Assembly (NCBI GenBank): GCA_038213805.1
Contig: JBBQSO010000011.1
Coordinates: 1 to 64,000 of the forward strand
Length of the DNA: 64,000 nucleotides
DNA from: Planctomycetota bacterium
Lineage (GTDB): Bacteria > Planctomycetota > UBA11346
Reading direction: 5' to 3'
Positions 42,396-52,843 of this stretch are shown here, piece by piece (within the stretch, counting starts at the first letter, position 1; each line of letters begins with the position of its first letter). A model generated the notes under the pieces. The model worked only from the letters and a program-made list of their open reading frames with translations. It was not told the DNA's origin and made no database searches. The translations under genes and the position numbers were made by a program.

Positions 42396-45300
42396 ATGGG
42401 AATGGGCACCGATATTCAGCCGGCCGTCAGGAAGGGTACGGCCGGTGCGGGCGACCAGCGCCTGGTCGGCTACCATACCGACGCGCTGCTCTTTGAAGCG
42501 GTGCTGGGCAGTGGCGCAATGGGTGTGGTCTACCGCGGGCGGCAGGTACGCCTCGACCGCCTGGTGGCGATCAAAGTCATCGCCGCGCACCTCGCCGGCG
42601 ACCCGGCCTATGTCGACCGCTTCGATCGCGAAGCGCGCACCCTGGCCCGCCTGCACCATCCCGGCATCGTCGCCTGCTACGACTTCGGCCCGCTGCCCGG
42701 CCCGGCGGGCGAGACGCTGCTGCTCATGGTCATGGAGTTCGTCGACGGCAGCAGCCTCGGTGACCTGCTCAAGTCCCGGGCGATGGGGGTGCGCGCCGTG
42801 CTTGAGCTGCACCGCCAGGCCGCTGAAGGCCTCGCCGCCGCCCACCATGCCGGGGTCGTGCACCGCGACATCAAGCCCGACAACATCATGGTGACCAGGG
42901 ATGGCCTGGCCAAGATCACCGATTTCGGCCTGGCCAAGTGCGAGGACAACGCCTCGCTCACCCAGGTCGGCCTGCTCATGGGCTCGCCCGCCTTCATGGC
43001 GCCGGAGGTCTGCGCCGGTGGCGTCCCGACCGCGTCCTCGGACCTCTACAGCCTCGGCTGCGCCCTTTACGCGGCGCTGGTCGGGCAGGTGCCCTATCCC
43101 TCGCCCTCGTCCCTGGAGTCCATCCAGCTCCATCTCAAAGCCCCGGTTCCAGCGCTCTCCGGGCGCCGTCCGGAGCTGGCCATGCTGGATGCCCTGCTGC
43201 GCCGCCTGCTGGCTAAGGATCCCGCGGAGCGCTGCGCGACCGCCCAGGAGCTGGCCCAGGAGCTGGCCAGGGTCATCCCGCTGGTGCCAGAGCAGGCGAT
43301 GTGCGGGCGCCGTCCGGAAAAATCCTACGCCTCTACTCCAGAACTGCAGACGGTCATGCAGTCGGCGGCGACCATGGCCGTCCCTGCAGAAATCCGGGTG
43401 CCGCCGTCGCGCCGCACCGTTTCGCAGCTGCTGCCGGTAGTGCATGCGCCCGTTGCCGCTGCTCCGTCCCCTGCTTCGGCCGCGCTGCCGCCCCTGCCCA
43501 CGCTGGCGCCGCCTTCCGCAGTGGCGTCGGCTGTGCCGAACGCACCGCCACTGCCGGCGCCCCCGCCTTCATCGCGCGGCGAGGCCAAGCCGGCGCGCAC
43601 CGCCCGTCAGAGCGACGTGCTGGCCTTCCCCTTCCCGGTGGCTGGCGAAGAAGCGCCCCCCGCGCTGCCTGAACCGGCGGTGGTGGCGGACGCGGTGCAG
43701 ACCCCGACTCCGACCCCGGTGCCCGCCGTCCCCACCAGCGGGGGCGGGCCGGCGACCGTGGCGCGGCGCAAGCACCAGCGCCTCGCCGTGCTGCGCGAGT
43801 CCGCCGACCACCTCCGCCAGAACGAGGCCAAAGAGGGTGGCGCAGAGGGCGACCGCCTGCTCGCCGCCGGCAAGCTGCTGTCGGCGGCCACCACCTTCGA
43901 GATCGCGGCGCGCGCGTTGCCCGCGGGCGAGCTGCGCCGTGTGCTGGTCGACAAGGCCGAGCGCGCGCGCCTGGACCATGGACATCGACGCCTGCGCCGC
44001 GTCGGCATCGGCCTGATGCTCGGTATCGCGGTGGCCGGCGGCGGTGGGGTGGCGCTGTGGCGCACCGGCATGCTCGCGCGGCTTACTCACCAGATCGCGC
44101 CGGCCCTGGCGGCCGCCCAGGACCCTCAGGTCCCCGAGGACAGTGGCCCGCGCTTGGTCGACCGCCTCACGCGCCAGATCGACGATACCGCCGTGGCATG
44201 GCCCACCATCCTGGAGGAGGCCGCGCGCCATGCCGCACATGGCGGCCCCGACATGCGCGCCTTCGCCAGCTTGCGCGATCGCGCCCAGCAAGAGGTCGCG
44301 GCGATGACCGCGGCCATCACCGCGATCGATGCGCTGGCGGGCAGCGAGCCGTCGACCGCCCTGGTGCGCAGCCTGGCCTTCCGCGCCGACCACCCGCGGG
44401 CCGGCACGCTCGCGCAGCGCCTGCCCCTGCCCGGTCGGCTGCAGATCTCGGGCGCGCCGGCGGACCAGCTCGACATCCGCATTTCCGGCGTGCGCATGCC
44501 GGCGGCGGCGAGGCTGGTTTTCTGCCGCCACGCCGACACACCGACCACGATCAGCATCACCGCGCCCGGCTTCCACGCGGTCGAGCTTGAGGTCCCGCCC
44601 GACCCGGCCGAAGCCGAGCGCCTGGTGACGGTGGTGCTGCACGAGGCGCCGCTGTGGGCGCTGCCCGCCGGCAGCGCCGCGGGCCTGGTGTGGGCGCAGC
44701 TCCTGCCCGGCCCCGCGGCCGCGCCGGGGACCCTGGTCGTGGCCGGACCGGAAGGCCTGCGCCTGGTGCGCAGCACCGATGGCGTGGTGCTGGGAAGCCT
44801 CGACCGCACCGCCATCCCGGCGATCGCCGACGCCAGTTTCACCCCGCTCGCCGGCGACCCCGACCCCGGCCGCGTCGTGGTCGGAACCAGCTCCGGCCTG
44901 TGCCTGGCCGCGGCCGTCGACGCCAACGGCTTCGCGGCCGCGCATGTGGTGCATCGCGGCGCGCCGGCAGTGGCGCTGGTCGAACGTGAGCTGCTGCTGC
45001 GCCTCGGCCAGCGCGCCGTCTTCGTCATCGAACGCGAGCGCGGGCGCTTCACCCTGGTCGCCGAGAGCGCAGACCGGCAGTTCTGGCAGAAGCCCCTCAA
45101 CGGCGCGCTGCAGCCGTGGTTCGCGGCGCGCGATGACGGCCTGCTGGTGATTGATGACTTCGTCATCCACGCGCTCACCCAGGAGGGGGAGGCCGCCGAT
45201 GCCGAGCTGCCGGCGCGGCGCAGCGGCGCGGTCGCCATGCTCGGCCAAGGACGCTTTCTGGTGGTCGCGACCGCCACCGGGGTGAGCTGCTGGCGGGCGC

Positions 45301-45710
45301 GTTCCGGCAAGCCGGGATATGAGCCGATCACCGAAGCCGGTGAACTCGGCACTCTGCACGCGGTCGCGCTCGTCAGCGACGGCGACCAGCTGCTCAGCGC
45401 CGACGCCAGCGGCGCGCTGCGCCTGTGGAACCTCCGAGATGGCATCGCTCAGCCCACCTGGTCGGTGGCGCTGCCGGCCGGGCGCAGCTTTGCGCCCCAG
45501 CTCGCGCTCGCGGGCGGCTCCGCCGTCTGCGTCGACGACCAGGGCACCATCCGCATCGTCGAGCGCGCCAGCCACACGCTGGTGCGCACCATTCCCACCG
45601 GCGCGCCGCTCGCCACGGCACCTTTCATCGCTGCCGGGCGCATCATCGTCGTCGACGCCGGTGGCGAGGTCGACGGCTACGCGCTGGCAGCGCCGGTGGT
45701 CGCGCCGTGA
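42396..45710 (+). CDS. Membrane Ser/Thr protein kinase with Pro-rich linker and C-terminal PQQ-like beta-propeller
   Basis: GSGAMGVV, HRDIKPDN, DFG, GSPAFMAPE; TM; repeated propeller-like blades. Confidence 0.88.
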   Translation: MGMGTDIQPAVRKGTAGAGDQRLVGYHTDALLFEAVLGSGAMGVVYRGRQVRLDRLVAIKVIAAHLAGDPAYVDRFDREARTLARLHHPGIVACYDFGPLPGPAGETLLLMVMEFVDGSSLGDLLKSRAMGVRAVLELHRQAAEGLAAAHHAGVVHRDIKPDNIMVTRDGLAKITDFGLAKCEDNASLTQVGLLMGSPAFMAPEVCAGGVPTASSDLYSLGCALYAALVGQVPYPSPSSLESIQLHLKAPVPALSGRRPELAMLDALLRRLLAKDPAERCATAQELAQELARVIPLVPEQAMCGRRPEKSYASTPELQTVMQSAATMAVPAEIRVPPSRRTVSQLLPVVHAPVAAAPSPASAALPPLPTLAPPSAVASAVPNAPPLPAPPPSSRGEAKPARTARQSDVLAFPFPVAGEEAPPALPEPAVVADAVQTPTPTPVPAVPTSGGGPATVARRKHQRLAVLRESADHLRQNEAKEGGAEGDRLLAAGKLLSAATTFEIAARALPAGELRRVLVDKAERARLDHGHRRLRRVGIGLMLGIAVAGGGGVALWRTGMLARLTHQIAPALAAAQDPQVPEDSGPRLVDRLTRQIDDTAVAWPTILEEAARHAAHGGPDMRAFASLRDRAQQEVAAMTAAITAIDALAGSEPSTALVRSLAFRADHPRAGTLAQRLPLPGRLQISGAPADQLDIRISGVRMPAAARLVFCRHADTPTTISITAPGFHAVELEVPPDPAEAERLVTVVLHEAPLWALPAGSAAGLVWAQLLPGPAAAPGTLVVAGPEGLRLVRSTDGVVLGSLDRTAIPAIADASFTPLAGDPDPGRVVVGTSSGLCLAAAVDANGFAAAHVVHRGAPAVALVERELLLRLGQRAVFVIERERGRFTLVAESADRQFWQKPLNGALQPWFAARDDGLLVIDDFVIHALTQEGEAADAELPARRSGAVAMLGQGRFLVVATATGVSCWRARSGKPGYEPITEAGELGTLHAVALVSDGDQLLSADASGALRLWNLRDGIAQPTWSVALPAGRSFAPQLALAGGSAVCVDDQGTIRIVERASHTLVRTIPTGAPLATAPFIAAGRIIVVDAGGEVDGYALAAPVVAP

Positions 45711-45711
45711 C

Positions 45712-47259
45712 TCATTCCTTGCTGCGCGCGCGGTGCTCCGCCAGCGCCGCACGCACCGCGCGCAGCAGGCTGAGCGAGGTGAACGGCTTCTCGATGAAGC
45801 CGATCGCCGCGCCGGGCGCGCCGCGTGGCAGCAGGTCGCGCTCAACGTGGCCGGACATGAACAGCACCGGCGTCTCCCAGCCCTCGGCGACCAGGCGCGC
45901 GGCCAGCTCCTGGCCGTCCATCGTCGGCATGATCAGGTCGCTCAGCACCAGGTCGATGCGCCGCGCGTTGGCGCGGTAGAGCGGCAGCGCCTGGGCGCCA
46001 TCGCTGGCGCTCAGCACCTCGTAGCCGTGGCCGGTCAGGATGTCACAGGCCAGGGCGCGCACGTCCGGGCTGTCCTCGACCACCAGCACGGTGCCGTCGG
46101 CCTGGTCGGTCGGCAGGGCCTCCTCGGACACGTTTGCGCCGGGCGGCTCGCCCTCGGCGCGCGGCAGCAGGATGGTGAATGCAGCCCCGGCGCCAGGCGC
46201 GCTGTCGACGCCGATATGGCCGCCGCTCTGCATGACGATCCCGTAGACCGTCGCCAGGCCCAGACCGGTCCCCTTGCCGACCTCCTTGGTGGTGAAGAAC
46301 GGCTCGAAGATGCGCCGCCTGGTCTCGGCGTCCATGCCGATGCCGGTGTCGTGCACGCATAGGCGCACCCAGTCTCCGGGCTGGTCGGGCATGGCGTCGC
46401 ACCGTGCAGTGGCCAGGGTCAGGGTGCCGCCGTCGGGCATCGCATCGCGGGCGTTGACCGCGAGGTTGAGCAGCACCTGCTCAAGCTGGCTGGGGTCGGC
46501 GTGGACGATGCATGGCTGCGCCGCGAGCTGCAGGTCCACCACGATGCGCGTGTCGAGCAGCCGGCGCAGCATGCGGTTGAGATCGCGTACCAGCACGTTC
46601 AGGTCGACAAAGCGCGGCAGCAGCACCTGCCGGCGGCTGAAGGCGAGCAGCTGGCGCGTCAGCCGCGCCGCGCGGCCCGCGGCTGCGAGGATGTGTTCGA
46701 CGTGCACCCGGCGCCGATCGTCGACCGCGATGCTGGCGAGGTGGACCTCGCCATAGCCGGCGATCACCGTCAAAAGATTATTGAAGTCGTGGGCGATTCC
46801 CCCTGCCAGCTGCCCGACCGCCTCCATTTTCTGGGCCTGCCGCAGGCGTTCCTCAAGAACGGCGTTGGCGGTGATGTCCTGGGCCACGCCGATGATGCCG
46901 ACGATGCGCCCGTGCGCATCCCGCAGTGACTCCAGGCGGTTGCGGTAGATGTGGTCCTGCCAGCGGCTGTCATAGGTCACGATCTCGCCGGCGAGCGCGC
47001 GCAGGTGCTCGGCGATCGGCGGGAAGGACCGGTCGTCGGTCTTGAAGAATTCGTAGATGGTCTTTCCGACGGCCTCACCGGGGGCCAAGCCGAGGAAGAC
47101 CAGCCCCGCGCCATGCGACGAGGTGAACCGCAGGTCCGCGTCCATGGTCCACATCACGGCGGGGACCTGGTCGACCAGCCAGCGCAGATTGGCTGCAAGC
47201 TGGGCTGGCGTGAGGGCCGCCGCAGGGGGCTGGTTGTCAGCTTCAGGCGGGACAGCCAT
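45712..47259 (-). CDS. PAS-histidine kinase-receiver hybrid (CckA-like architecture)
   Basis: [39 protein letters not shown]-terminal REC. Confidence 0.93.
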   Translation of the reverse strand: MAVPPEADNQPPAAALTPAQLAANLRWLVDQVPAVMWTMDADLRFTSSHGAGLVFLGLAPGEAVGKTIYEFFKTDDRSFPPIAEHLRALAGEIVTYDSRWQDHIYRNRLESLRDAHGRIVGIIGVAQDITANAVLEERLRQAQKMEAVGQLAGGIAHDFNNLLTVIAGYGEVHLASIAVDDRRRVHVEHILAAAGRAARLTRQLLAFSRRQVLLPRFVDLNVLVRDLNRMLRRLLDTRIVVDLQLAAQPCIVHADPSQLEQVLLNLAVNARDAMPDGGTLTLATARCDAMPDQPGDWVRLCVHDTGIGMDAETRRRIFEPFFTTKEVGKGTGLGLATVYGIVMQSGGHIGVDSAPGAGAAFTILLPRAEGEPPGANVSEEALPTDQADGTVLVVEDSPDVRALACDILTGHGYEVLSASDGAQALPLYRANARRIDLVLSDLIMPTMDGQELAARLVAEGWETPVLFMSGHVERDLLPRGAPGAAIGFIEKPFTSLSLLRAVRAALAEHRARSKE

Positions 47260-47442
47260 GACCAGACGCTATGACCACCCCTGGGGAGCCAAGCAGTGTT
47301 CCCACGCCCAGTCGGGTCGCGTGCCGGTCAGTGCAGAGTGGCAGCAAGAATTGCCCGACATGATCGGACCAGGGGTATCATCTCCTGGTCGAACACCGGT
47401 GGCATCCGCAACTTCCGGCGTCCATGACCGTACAAGGTTACG

Positions 47443-49872
47443 ATGACTAGATTCAGCCAGCCGACGCGCCTCGCCCGCTTCCCCGCCCTCTGTGGCGGGT
47501 TTTTTGCGTTTTGGGGGTTGCTAACCTTCGACAACGCGGCCTGCGCGGCCGATGATGCACGTCAGGTTTCGGCAGCCTACGACAAGGACATCAAGGGGCT
47601 CATCCGGGTCGCCTGCTACAAGTGCCATGGACCGGACAAGCAGAAGGGCGACCTCAACCTGTCGACCATCGGCGACGGCGCCGCCGCCCTCGCCGCGCTC
47701 AAGACCTGGCACGATGTGGCCGAAAAGGTCCAGAACGGCGAGATGCCGCCGAAGAAGTCAGATCCCCTCGCCGCCGCCGACAAGGCGAAGCTGCTGGCCT
47801 GGATCAAGGCCGCCAAGGCGACCGCGCCTGCCGACCCCGGCCGCGTCACCATCCGTCGCCTCAACCGCGCGGAGTACAACAACGTCATCCGTGATCTTAC
47901 CGGGCTCGACCTCAAGCCGTCGGCGGAGTTTCCCGAGGACGACGTCGGCGATGGCTTCGACAACATCGGCGACGTGCTGACCATCCCGCCGCTGCTGATG
48001 GAGAAGTACCTGATCGCCGCCGACCAGGTGCTGGAGAAAGCACTCATCACCGAGCAGCCGACCTTCCATGTCGAAGCCGCGCAGTGGAGCGTGCTCGACG
48101 ACGGCAAGGAGCGCGCGCCGGCCACCGACGCCAAGAACGTGTCGTTCACCGCCCTCGGCGAAGTGCGCGGCTTCCTGTCCTTCCCGGTCAGCGGCCGCTA
48201 CACGGTCAAGATCAAGGCGGGCGGCGACCAGGCTGGGAACGAGCCGGTCATGCTCGGCGTCAAGGTCGACGACAAGCTGGTCGCACCGGTGAAGGTCCTG
48301 CAGAAGTCCGCGTCGGTGGTCAGCGTGGTGATCGACGTCAAGCGCGGCATGCGTCCGGTGGCGATCGCCTTCATGAACCCCTTCAACGAGGCCGACGCGG
48401 CCGAACCACTGCCGCCGGCCGCCCCCGTCAAGCCGGGCGCGGCCAAGCCGGCGACGCCCGGGGCCACGGCCAAGGCGCCCGTCGCTCCGGCCAAGTCAGC
48501 CAAGGCGCCGCGCGTGCGCGCCCTGACCGTCGAGAGCTTCGACCTGATCGGCCCGCCGACGCCGGCGCTGCCCGAGAGCCACCGCCGCATCATGATCGCG
48601 CGCCCCGACGCGAAAACCGCGAAGCGCGACGCCGCCAAAAGCATCCTCGAGGCCTTCGCGACGCGCGCCTACCGCCGTCCCATAACCAAGGAGCAGGGCG
48701 AGCGCCTGCTCGCGGTCTTCGACGTCGCCGACAAGAATGGCGAGGTCTTCGGCGAGGCGGTGCGCCTCGCGCTCAAGGGCGTGCTGGTCTCGCCGGCCTT
48801 CCTCTTCCGCATCGAGGTCGACCGTCCGGGCGACGCCGCCGGCATCTACAAGCTCGATGACTACGACATCGCCTCGCGCCTGTCGTTCTTCCTGTGGTCG
48901 TCGCTGCCCGACGAGGCGCTGCTTGACGCGGCGAAGGCGGGCAAACTCGGCAGCGATCCCAGCGAGATCGAGCGCCAGGTCGCGCGCATGCTCAAGGATC
49001 CCAAATCACGCGCGCTGATCGACAACTTCTTCACCCAGTGGCTGGGGCTGCGGAAGCTGAGTTTCATCCAGCCGGACAGCAAGATATTCCCCGAATTCTC
49101 GCCCGAGCTGCGCAAGGACCTCTACGACGAGGTCATCGCCTTCGTCGAGAACCTGATGCGCGAGGACCGCAGCGTCCTCGAGATCCTCGACGCCGACTAC
49201 AGCTTCCTGAACGCGCGCCTGGCCAAGCACTACGGCCTGCCGGCGGTGCCGGGAACCGCGCTGCGCAAGGTCAAGCTCACCGACGCCAACCGCGGTGGCG
49301 TGGTGACCATGGGCGGCATCCTCGCCATCACTTCGCTGCCGACGCGCACCAGCCCAGTGAAACGCGGCAAGTGGATCCTTGAGCAGATCCTGGGCGATCC
49401 ACCGCCACCGCCGCCGCCGATGGTCGAGGCGCTCGACAAGGGGAGCGAGGGCGCCGGCGTCACCCTGACGGTGCGCCAGCGTCTGGAGCGCCATCGCGCC
49501 GACCCGGTGTGCGCGTCCTGCCACGAGCGCATGGATCCGATCGGCTTCGGCCTCGAGAACTTCGACGGCATCGGGCGCTGGCGCGACCAGGACGCCGGCA
49601 ACGCGCTCGACACCAGCGGCGTGCTACCGAGCGGCCAGCAGTTCAAGGGCCCGATCGAGCTGCGCCGCATCTTCGCCGAGCGCAAGGAGCAGTACCTGGC
49701 GTGCCTGAGCGGCAAGTTGTTGACCTTCGCCCTCGGCCGGGGCGTCGAGCTCAGCGACGAGCCGGCGATCCAGAAGATCAGCGACGCGCTTGAGGCCAAC
49801 CAATACCGCTTCTCGGTGCTGGTCACCGAGATCGCCAAGAGCTACCCCTTCCTCTACCGCAAGCGCCTCTGA
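47443..49872 (+). CDS. Planctomycete cytochrome-c / DUF1587-1595-1592-1588-1585 (PSD) protein
   Basis: CYKCHG and CASCHE heme motifs, RRLNRAEY, ASRLSFFLWSS.PD, TSPVKRGKW, GFGLENFD.IGRWR. Confidence 0.92.
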   Translation: MTRFSQPTRLARFPALCGGFFAFWGLLTFDNAACAADDARQVSAAYDKDIKGLIRVACYKCHGPDKQKGDLNLSTIGDGAAALAALKTWHDVAEKVQNGEMPPKKSDPLAAADKAKLLAWIKAAKATAPADPGRVTIRRLNRAEYNNVIRDLTGLDLKPSAEFPEDDVGDGFDNIGDVLTIPPLLMEKYLIAADQVLEKALITEQPTFHVEAAQWSVLDDGKERAPATDAKNVSFTALGEVRGFLSFPVSGRYTVKIKAGGDQAGNEPVMLGVKVDDKLVAPVKVLQKSASVVSVVIDVKRGMRPVAIAFMNPFNEADAAEPLPPAAPVKPGAAKPATPGATAKAPVAPAKSAKAPRVRALTVESFDLIGPPTPALPESHRRIMIARPDAKTAKRDAAKSILEAFATRAYRRPITKEQGERLLAVFDVADKNGEVFGEAVRLALKGVLVSPAFLFRIEVDRPGDAAGIYKLDDYDIASRLSFFLWSSLPDEALLDAAKAGKLGSDPSEIERQVARMLKDPKSRALIDNFFTQWLGLRKLSFIQPDSKIFPEFSPELRKDLYDEVIAFVENLMREDRSVLEILDADYSFLNARLAKHYGLPAVPGTALRKVKLTDANRGGVVTMGGILAITSLPTRTSPVKRGKWILEQILGDPPPPPPPMVEALDKGSEGAGVTLTVRQRLERHRADPVCASCHERMDPIGFGLENFDGIGRWRDQDAGNALDTSGVLPSGQQFKGPIELRRIFAERKEQYLACLSGKLLTFALGRGVELSDEPAIQKISDALEANQYRFSVLVTEIAKSYPFLYRKRL

Positions 49873-49895
49873 CCTTCGTCCCAAAGGACCTTCCC

Positions 49896-51248
49896 ATGTC
49901 CATGAACTGGCTGATCTCCCGCCGCACCGCGCTCAAGGGCCTCGGCGTCGCCGTCGGGCTGCCCCTGCTCGAGCAGATGGGCTGGGCCGAAGACCCCAAG
50001 AAGGCGGTGCGCGCCCCGGTGCGCATGGCCTTCATGCATTTCGGGATGGGCGTGATCCAGGAGCATTGGAAGCAGCAGGCCAAAGGCGGTCCGCTGCCGG
50101 CCATCCTCGAGCCGCTCAAACCGCACCTGGCCGATGTGCTGGTGCTGAACGGACTCGCCCAGCGCTCCGCCCAGGGCGGCGCCGACGGCGCTGGCGACCA
50201 CGCGCGCGAGGCCGGCTGCTACCTCACCGGCGTGCGCCTACGCAAGACCAGCGGCAAGGACATCCAGGCCGGGATCTCGGTCGACCAGCTCGCTGCGCAG
50301 AAGGTCGGCGCCTACACCAACCTGCCCTCGATCGAGTTGTCGATCGAGGGTGGCTCGGGCTCGGGCGACTGCGATTCGGGCTACAGCTGCGCCTACTCGA
50401 CGAACATCTCGTGGCGTTCGGCGACCCAGCCGATGGCCAAGGAGATCCGCCCCAAGGCGGCCTTCATGCGCCTGTTCGCCGATCGCGGCCAGTCCAATGC
50501 CGCGCAGGTCCAGGCGGCGCTGACCGCCGAGAACAAGAGTCTGCTCGACCTGGTCGGCGAGGAGACCGCCGCCATCAAGGGCAGCCTTGGCGGCAACGAT
50601 GTGCGCAAGGTCGACGAGTACCTGGAATCGCTGCGCTCGCTCGAGAGCCGCATCCAGAAGATCAGCGGGCGCGAGGAAGAGGGCGCCGCCGGCGGCGGCA
50701 AGAACCAGCTGGTGGTCCCGAACGGCGTGCCCCAGGACTACGCCGAGCACGCCAAGCTGATGTTCGACATCATGGCGCTGGCCTTCCAGGCCGACGCCAC
50801 GCGCATCGCCACCTTCATGATGACCAATGGCGGCTCGGGGCGCAGCTACCCGCAGATCGGCGTGATGGGCGGCCACCACGACCTCTCGCACCACGGTGCC
50901 GACCAGACCAAGAAGGACGGGATCAAGAAGATCAACATCTACCACATGCAGCAGTTCGCCTACTTCCTCGAGAAGCTCAAGAGCATGAAGGAGGGCAAGG
51001 GCACCGTGCTCGACAACAGCATGCTGATGTACGGCTCGTGCATCGGCGACGGCGACCGCCACAACCACGACGACCTGCCGATCGTCCTCGCCGGGCGCGG
51101 CGGCGGCACCATCGCCAGCGGCCGCATCGTGCCGTCGGCGCGCGGCAACCTCTGCGACCTCTACCACGGCATGTTGCTGCGCATGGGCGTTGAGGTGCCG
51201 AACTTCGGCGACAGCTCGGGCAAGCCGTTGCCTGATCTGGTCGGGTAA
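49896..51248 (+). CDS. DUF1552-family protein (Tat-like signal)
   Basis: ISRRTALKG, ISVDQLAA, CDSGYSCAY, LAFQAD.TR, HHDLSHH, DRHNHDDLP. Confidence 0.92.
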   Translation: MSMNWLISRRTALKGLGVAVGLPLLEQMGWAEDPKKAVRAPVRMAFMHFGMGVIQEHWKQQAKGGPLPAILEPLKPHLADVLVLNGLAQRSAQGGADGAGDHAREAGCYLTGVRLRKTSGKDIQAGISVDQLAAQKVGAYTNLPSIELSIEGGSGSGDCDSGYSCAYSTNISWRSATQPMAKEIRPKAAFMRLFADRGQSNAAQVQAALTAENKSLLDLVGEETAAIKGSLGGNDVRKVDEYLESLRSLESRIQKISGREEEGAAGGGKNQLVVPNGVPQDYAEHAKLMFDIMALAFQADATRIATFMMTNGGSGRSYPQIGVMGGHHDLSHHGADQTKKDGIKKINIYHMQQFAYFLEKLKSMKEGKGTVLDNSMLMYGSCIGDGDRHNHDDLPIVLAGRGGGTIASGRIVPSARGNLCDLYHGMLLRMGVEVPNFGDSSGKPLPDLVG

Positions 51249-51340
51249 GTGGTGTTGCGCATGACAGGTCACGCGAGCGCGCGGCAATATCACGGATGAT
51301 GTTCTCGCCCTTCCGCCGCGTTCCACGAAGGGATTACCCC

Positions 51341-52744
51341 ATGCTGCTCCGCACGCTCGCCCTGGTCGGCCTTTTCGCCGCCGCCGCTCTGGCCGGAGCC
51401 ATGGAGGAGGGCGACCTGCGCGAGAAGGACATCGCCGATCCCAAGGACCCGGTCGCGAGCATCAGCCTCAAGGTCATCATCCACTACGCCATTGAGGTGC
51501 CCAAGGCCATCGCCCCGGCCGGCACCACATCTCCCGACCAGCAGGTCGGCCTGTTCGTGTGCTTCCACGGCCGCGGCGGCAATGCGCGCGGCGAGGCCGA
51601 CGCCTTCCTTGGCATGCTCAAGCGCGAGAAGCTTGAGGGGCAGTACATCGTACTCGGCGCCAAATCCCTGGCCGACGGCTGGGAGGCGGTCGACATGCCG
51701 CCAGTGGCGCAGCTCATCACCTGGGCGAAGAAGACCTATCCGGTCAACCCGCGCCGAGTCTACTGCTTCGGCATGAGTTCAGGCGGCGGCTTCTGCGGCG
51801 ACTACACGCTCGCCCATCCCGAAACCATCGCCGCCGGCATCATGTATGGCAGCGGCCTGTGGAAGGTCCCGGCGGCGAAGGATCCGGTCCACACCATGCC
51901 CGAGATCTACATGAACATGGGTCTGGACGACGACGAGGCGCACAAGGCCAGCGCGCGCGGCGGCTACCAGAAGTTCAAGGATCTCGGCTACCACGTCATC
52001 TACCACGAGATCGAGGGCCTGCCGCACAGCGAGCACCACCCGCCGACGAACAGCGACGCCATCCAGTGGGCGGTGCGCCTGCGCCACAAGACCATGATGC
52101 CCTCGCCCGAGGAGGTCGCGCTGTTGAGGCCGGTCAACAAGGACGCCCGGACCATCGCCGCCGACGCCAAGCCCTTCGCCGACGTCGCCCTGGTCGGCGG
52201 CTTCGCCGCCGGCGAGGTGATGACGCGCCTGCTCGACACCAAGGATCCCACCGCGCGCACGCTTGCCGCCAGCACCTGCAGCCTGAGCCAGTTCGGCGAG
52301 GGCACCTTCACCCTGCTCGCGCACAAGCTCAAGGACCCCACGCCCGAGGTGCGCAGCGCTGCCATCGCCGCGCTCGGCCCCTTCGCGCGCTGGCGCACGC
52401 CCATCGCGCAAGAGACCCTGATCGTCGTCGCCACCGCCAAGCGCTGGGACCTCGCCGAGCGCCAGGCCGCAGTCGCCGGCCTCGCCGACGCGGTGAAGTT
52501 CCAGGTGCGCGGCGTCTACCAGGACCCGCCCATGTTCCGCGCGCTGGTGACCCTGCTCGACGACGAGGACGCCACCATCCGCACCACCGCCTGGACCGCG
52601 CTGAAGAGCATCCAGGAGAGCACCTACAGCCCCGACGACCCCAAGCCGAAGCGCCAGTCCGCGCTCGCCAAGTGGGAGGAGTGGCTCGCCGTGATCACCA
52701 AGAAGGAAAGCCCCGAGCAGGGGACCACCGCCAAGAAGCGCTGA
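51341..52744 (+). CDS. Exported alpha/beta-hydrolase (esterase-like) with HEAT repeats
   Basis: Signal peptide, FHGRGG, GMSSGG nucleophile elbow, HEAT-like C-terminus. Confidence 0.75.
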   Translation: MLLRTLALVGLFAAAALAGAMEEGDLREKDIADPKDPVASISLKVIIHYAIEVPKAIAPAGTTSPDQQVGLFVCFHGRGGNARGEADAFLGMLKREKLEGQYIVLGAKSLADGWEAVDMPPVAQLITWAKKTYPVNPRRVYCFGMSSGGGFCGDYTLAHPETIAAGIMYGSGLWKVPAAKDPVHTMPEIYMNMGLDDDEAHKASARGGYQKFKDLGYHVIYHEIEGLPHSEHHPPTNSDAIQWAVRLRHKTMMPSPEEVALLRPVNKDARTIAADAKPFADVALVGGFAAGEVMTRLLDTKDPTARTLAASTCSLSQFGEGTFTLLAHKLKDPTPEVRSAAIAALGPFARWRTPIAQETLIVVATAKRWDLAERQAAVAGLADAVKFQVRGVYQDPPMFRALVTLLDDEDATIRTTAWTALKSIQESTYSPDDPKPKRQSALAKWEEWLAVITKKESPEQGTTAKKR

Positions 52745-52843
52745 CCTGTCCGGGCCGGCCACGATACTCATTCAATGACCACTGCCCCTGCCGTCGATCG
52801 CATCACCCCGCCAAGCCACGCTTCAGAACGCTCCCAGGAAACC

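Noticed and set aside
42366..42397. TTGACA ... TAGAAT sigma70-like promoter for the kinase
   Set aside because: The 20-bp spacing is outside the usual 16-18 bp, so it was not called.
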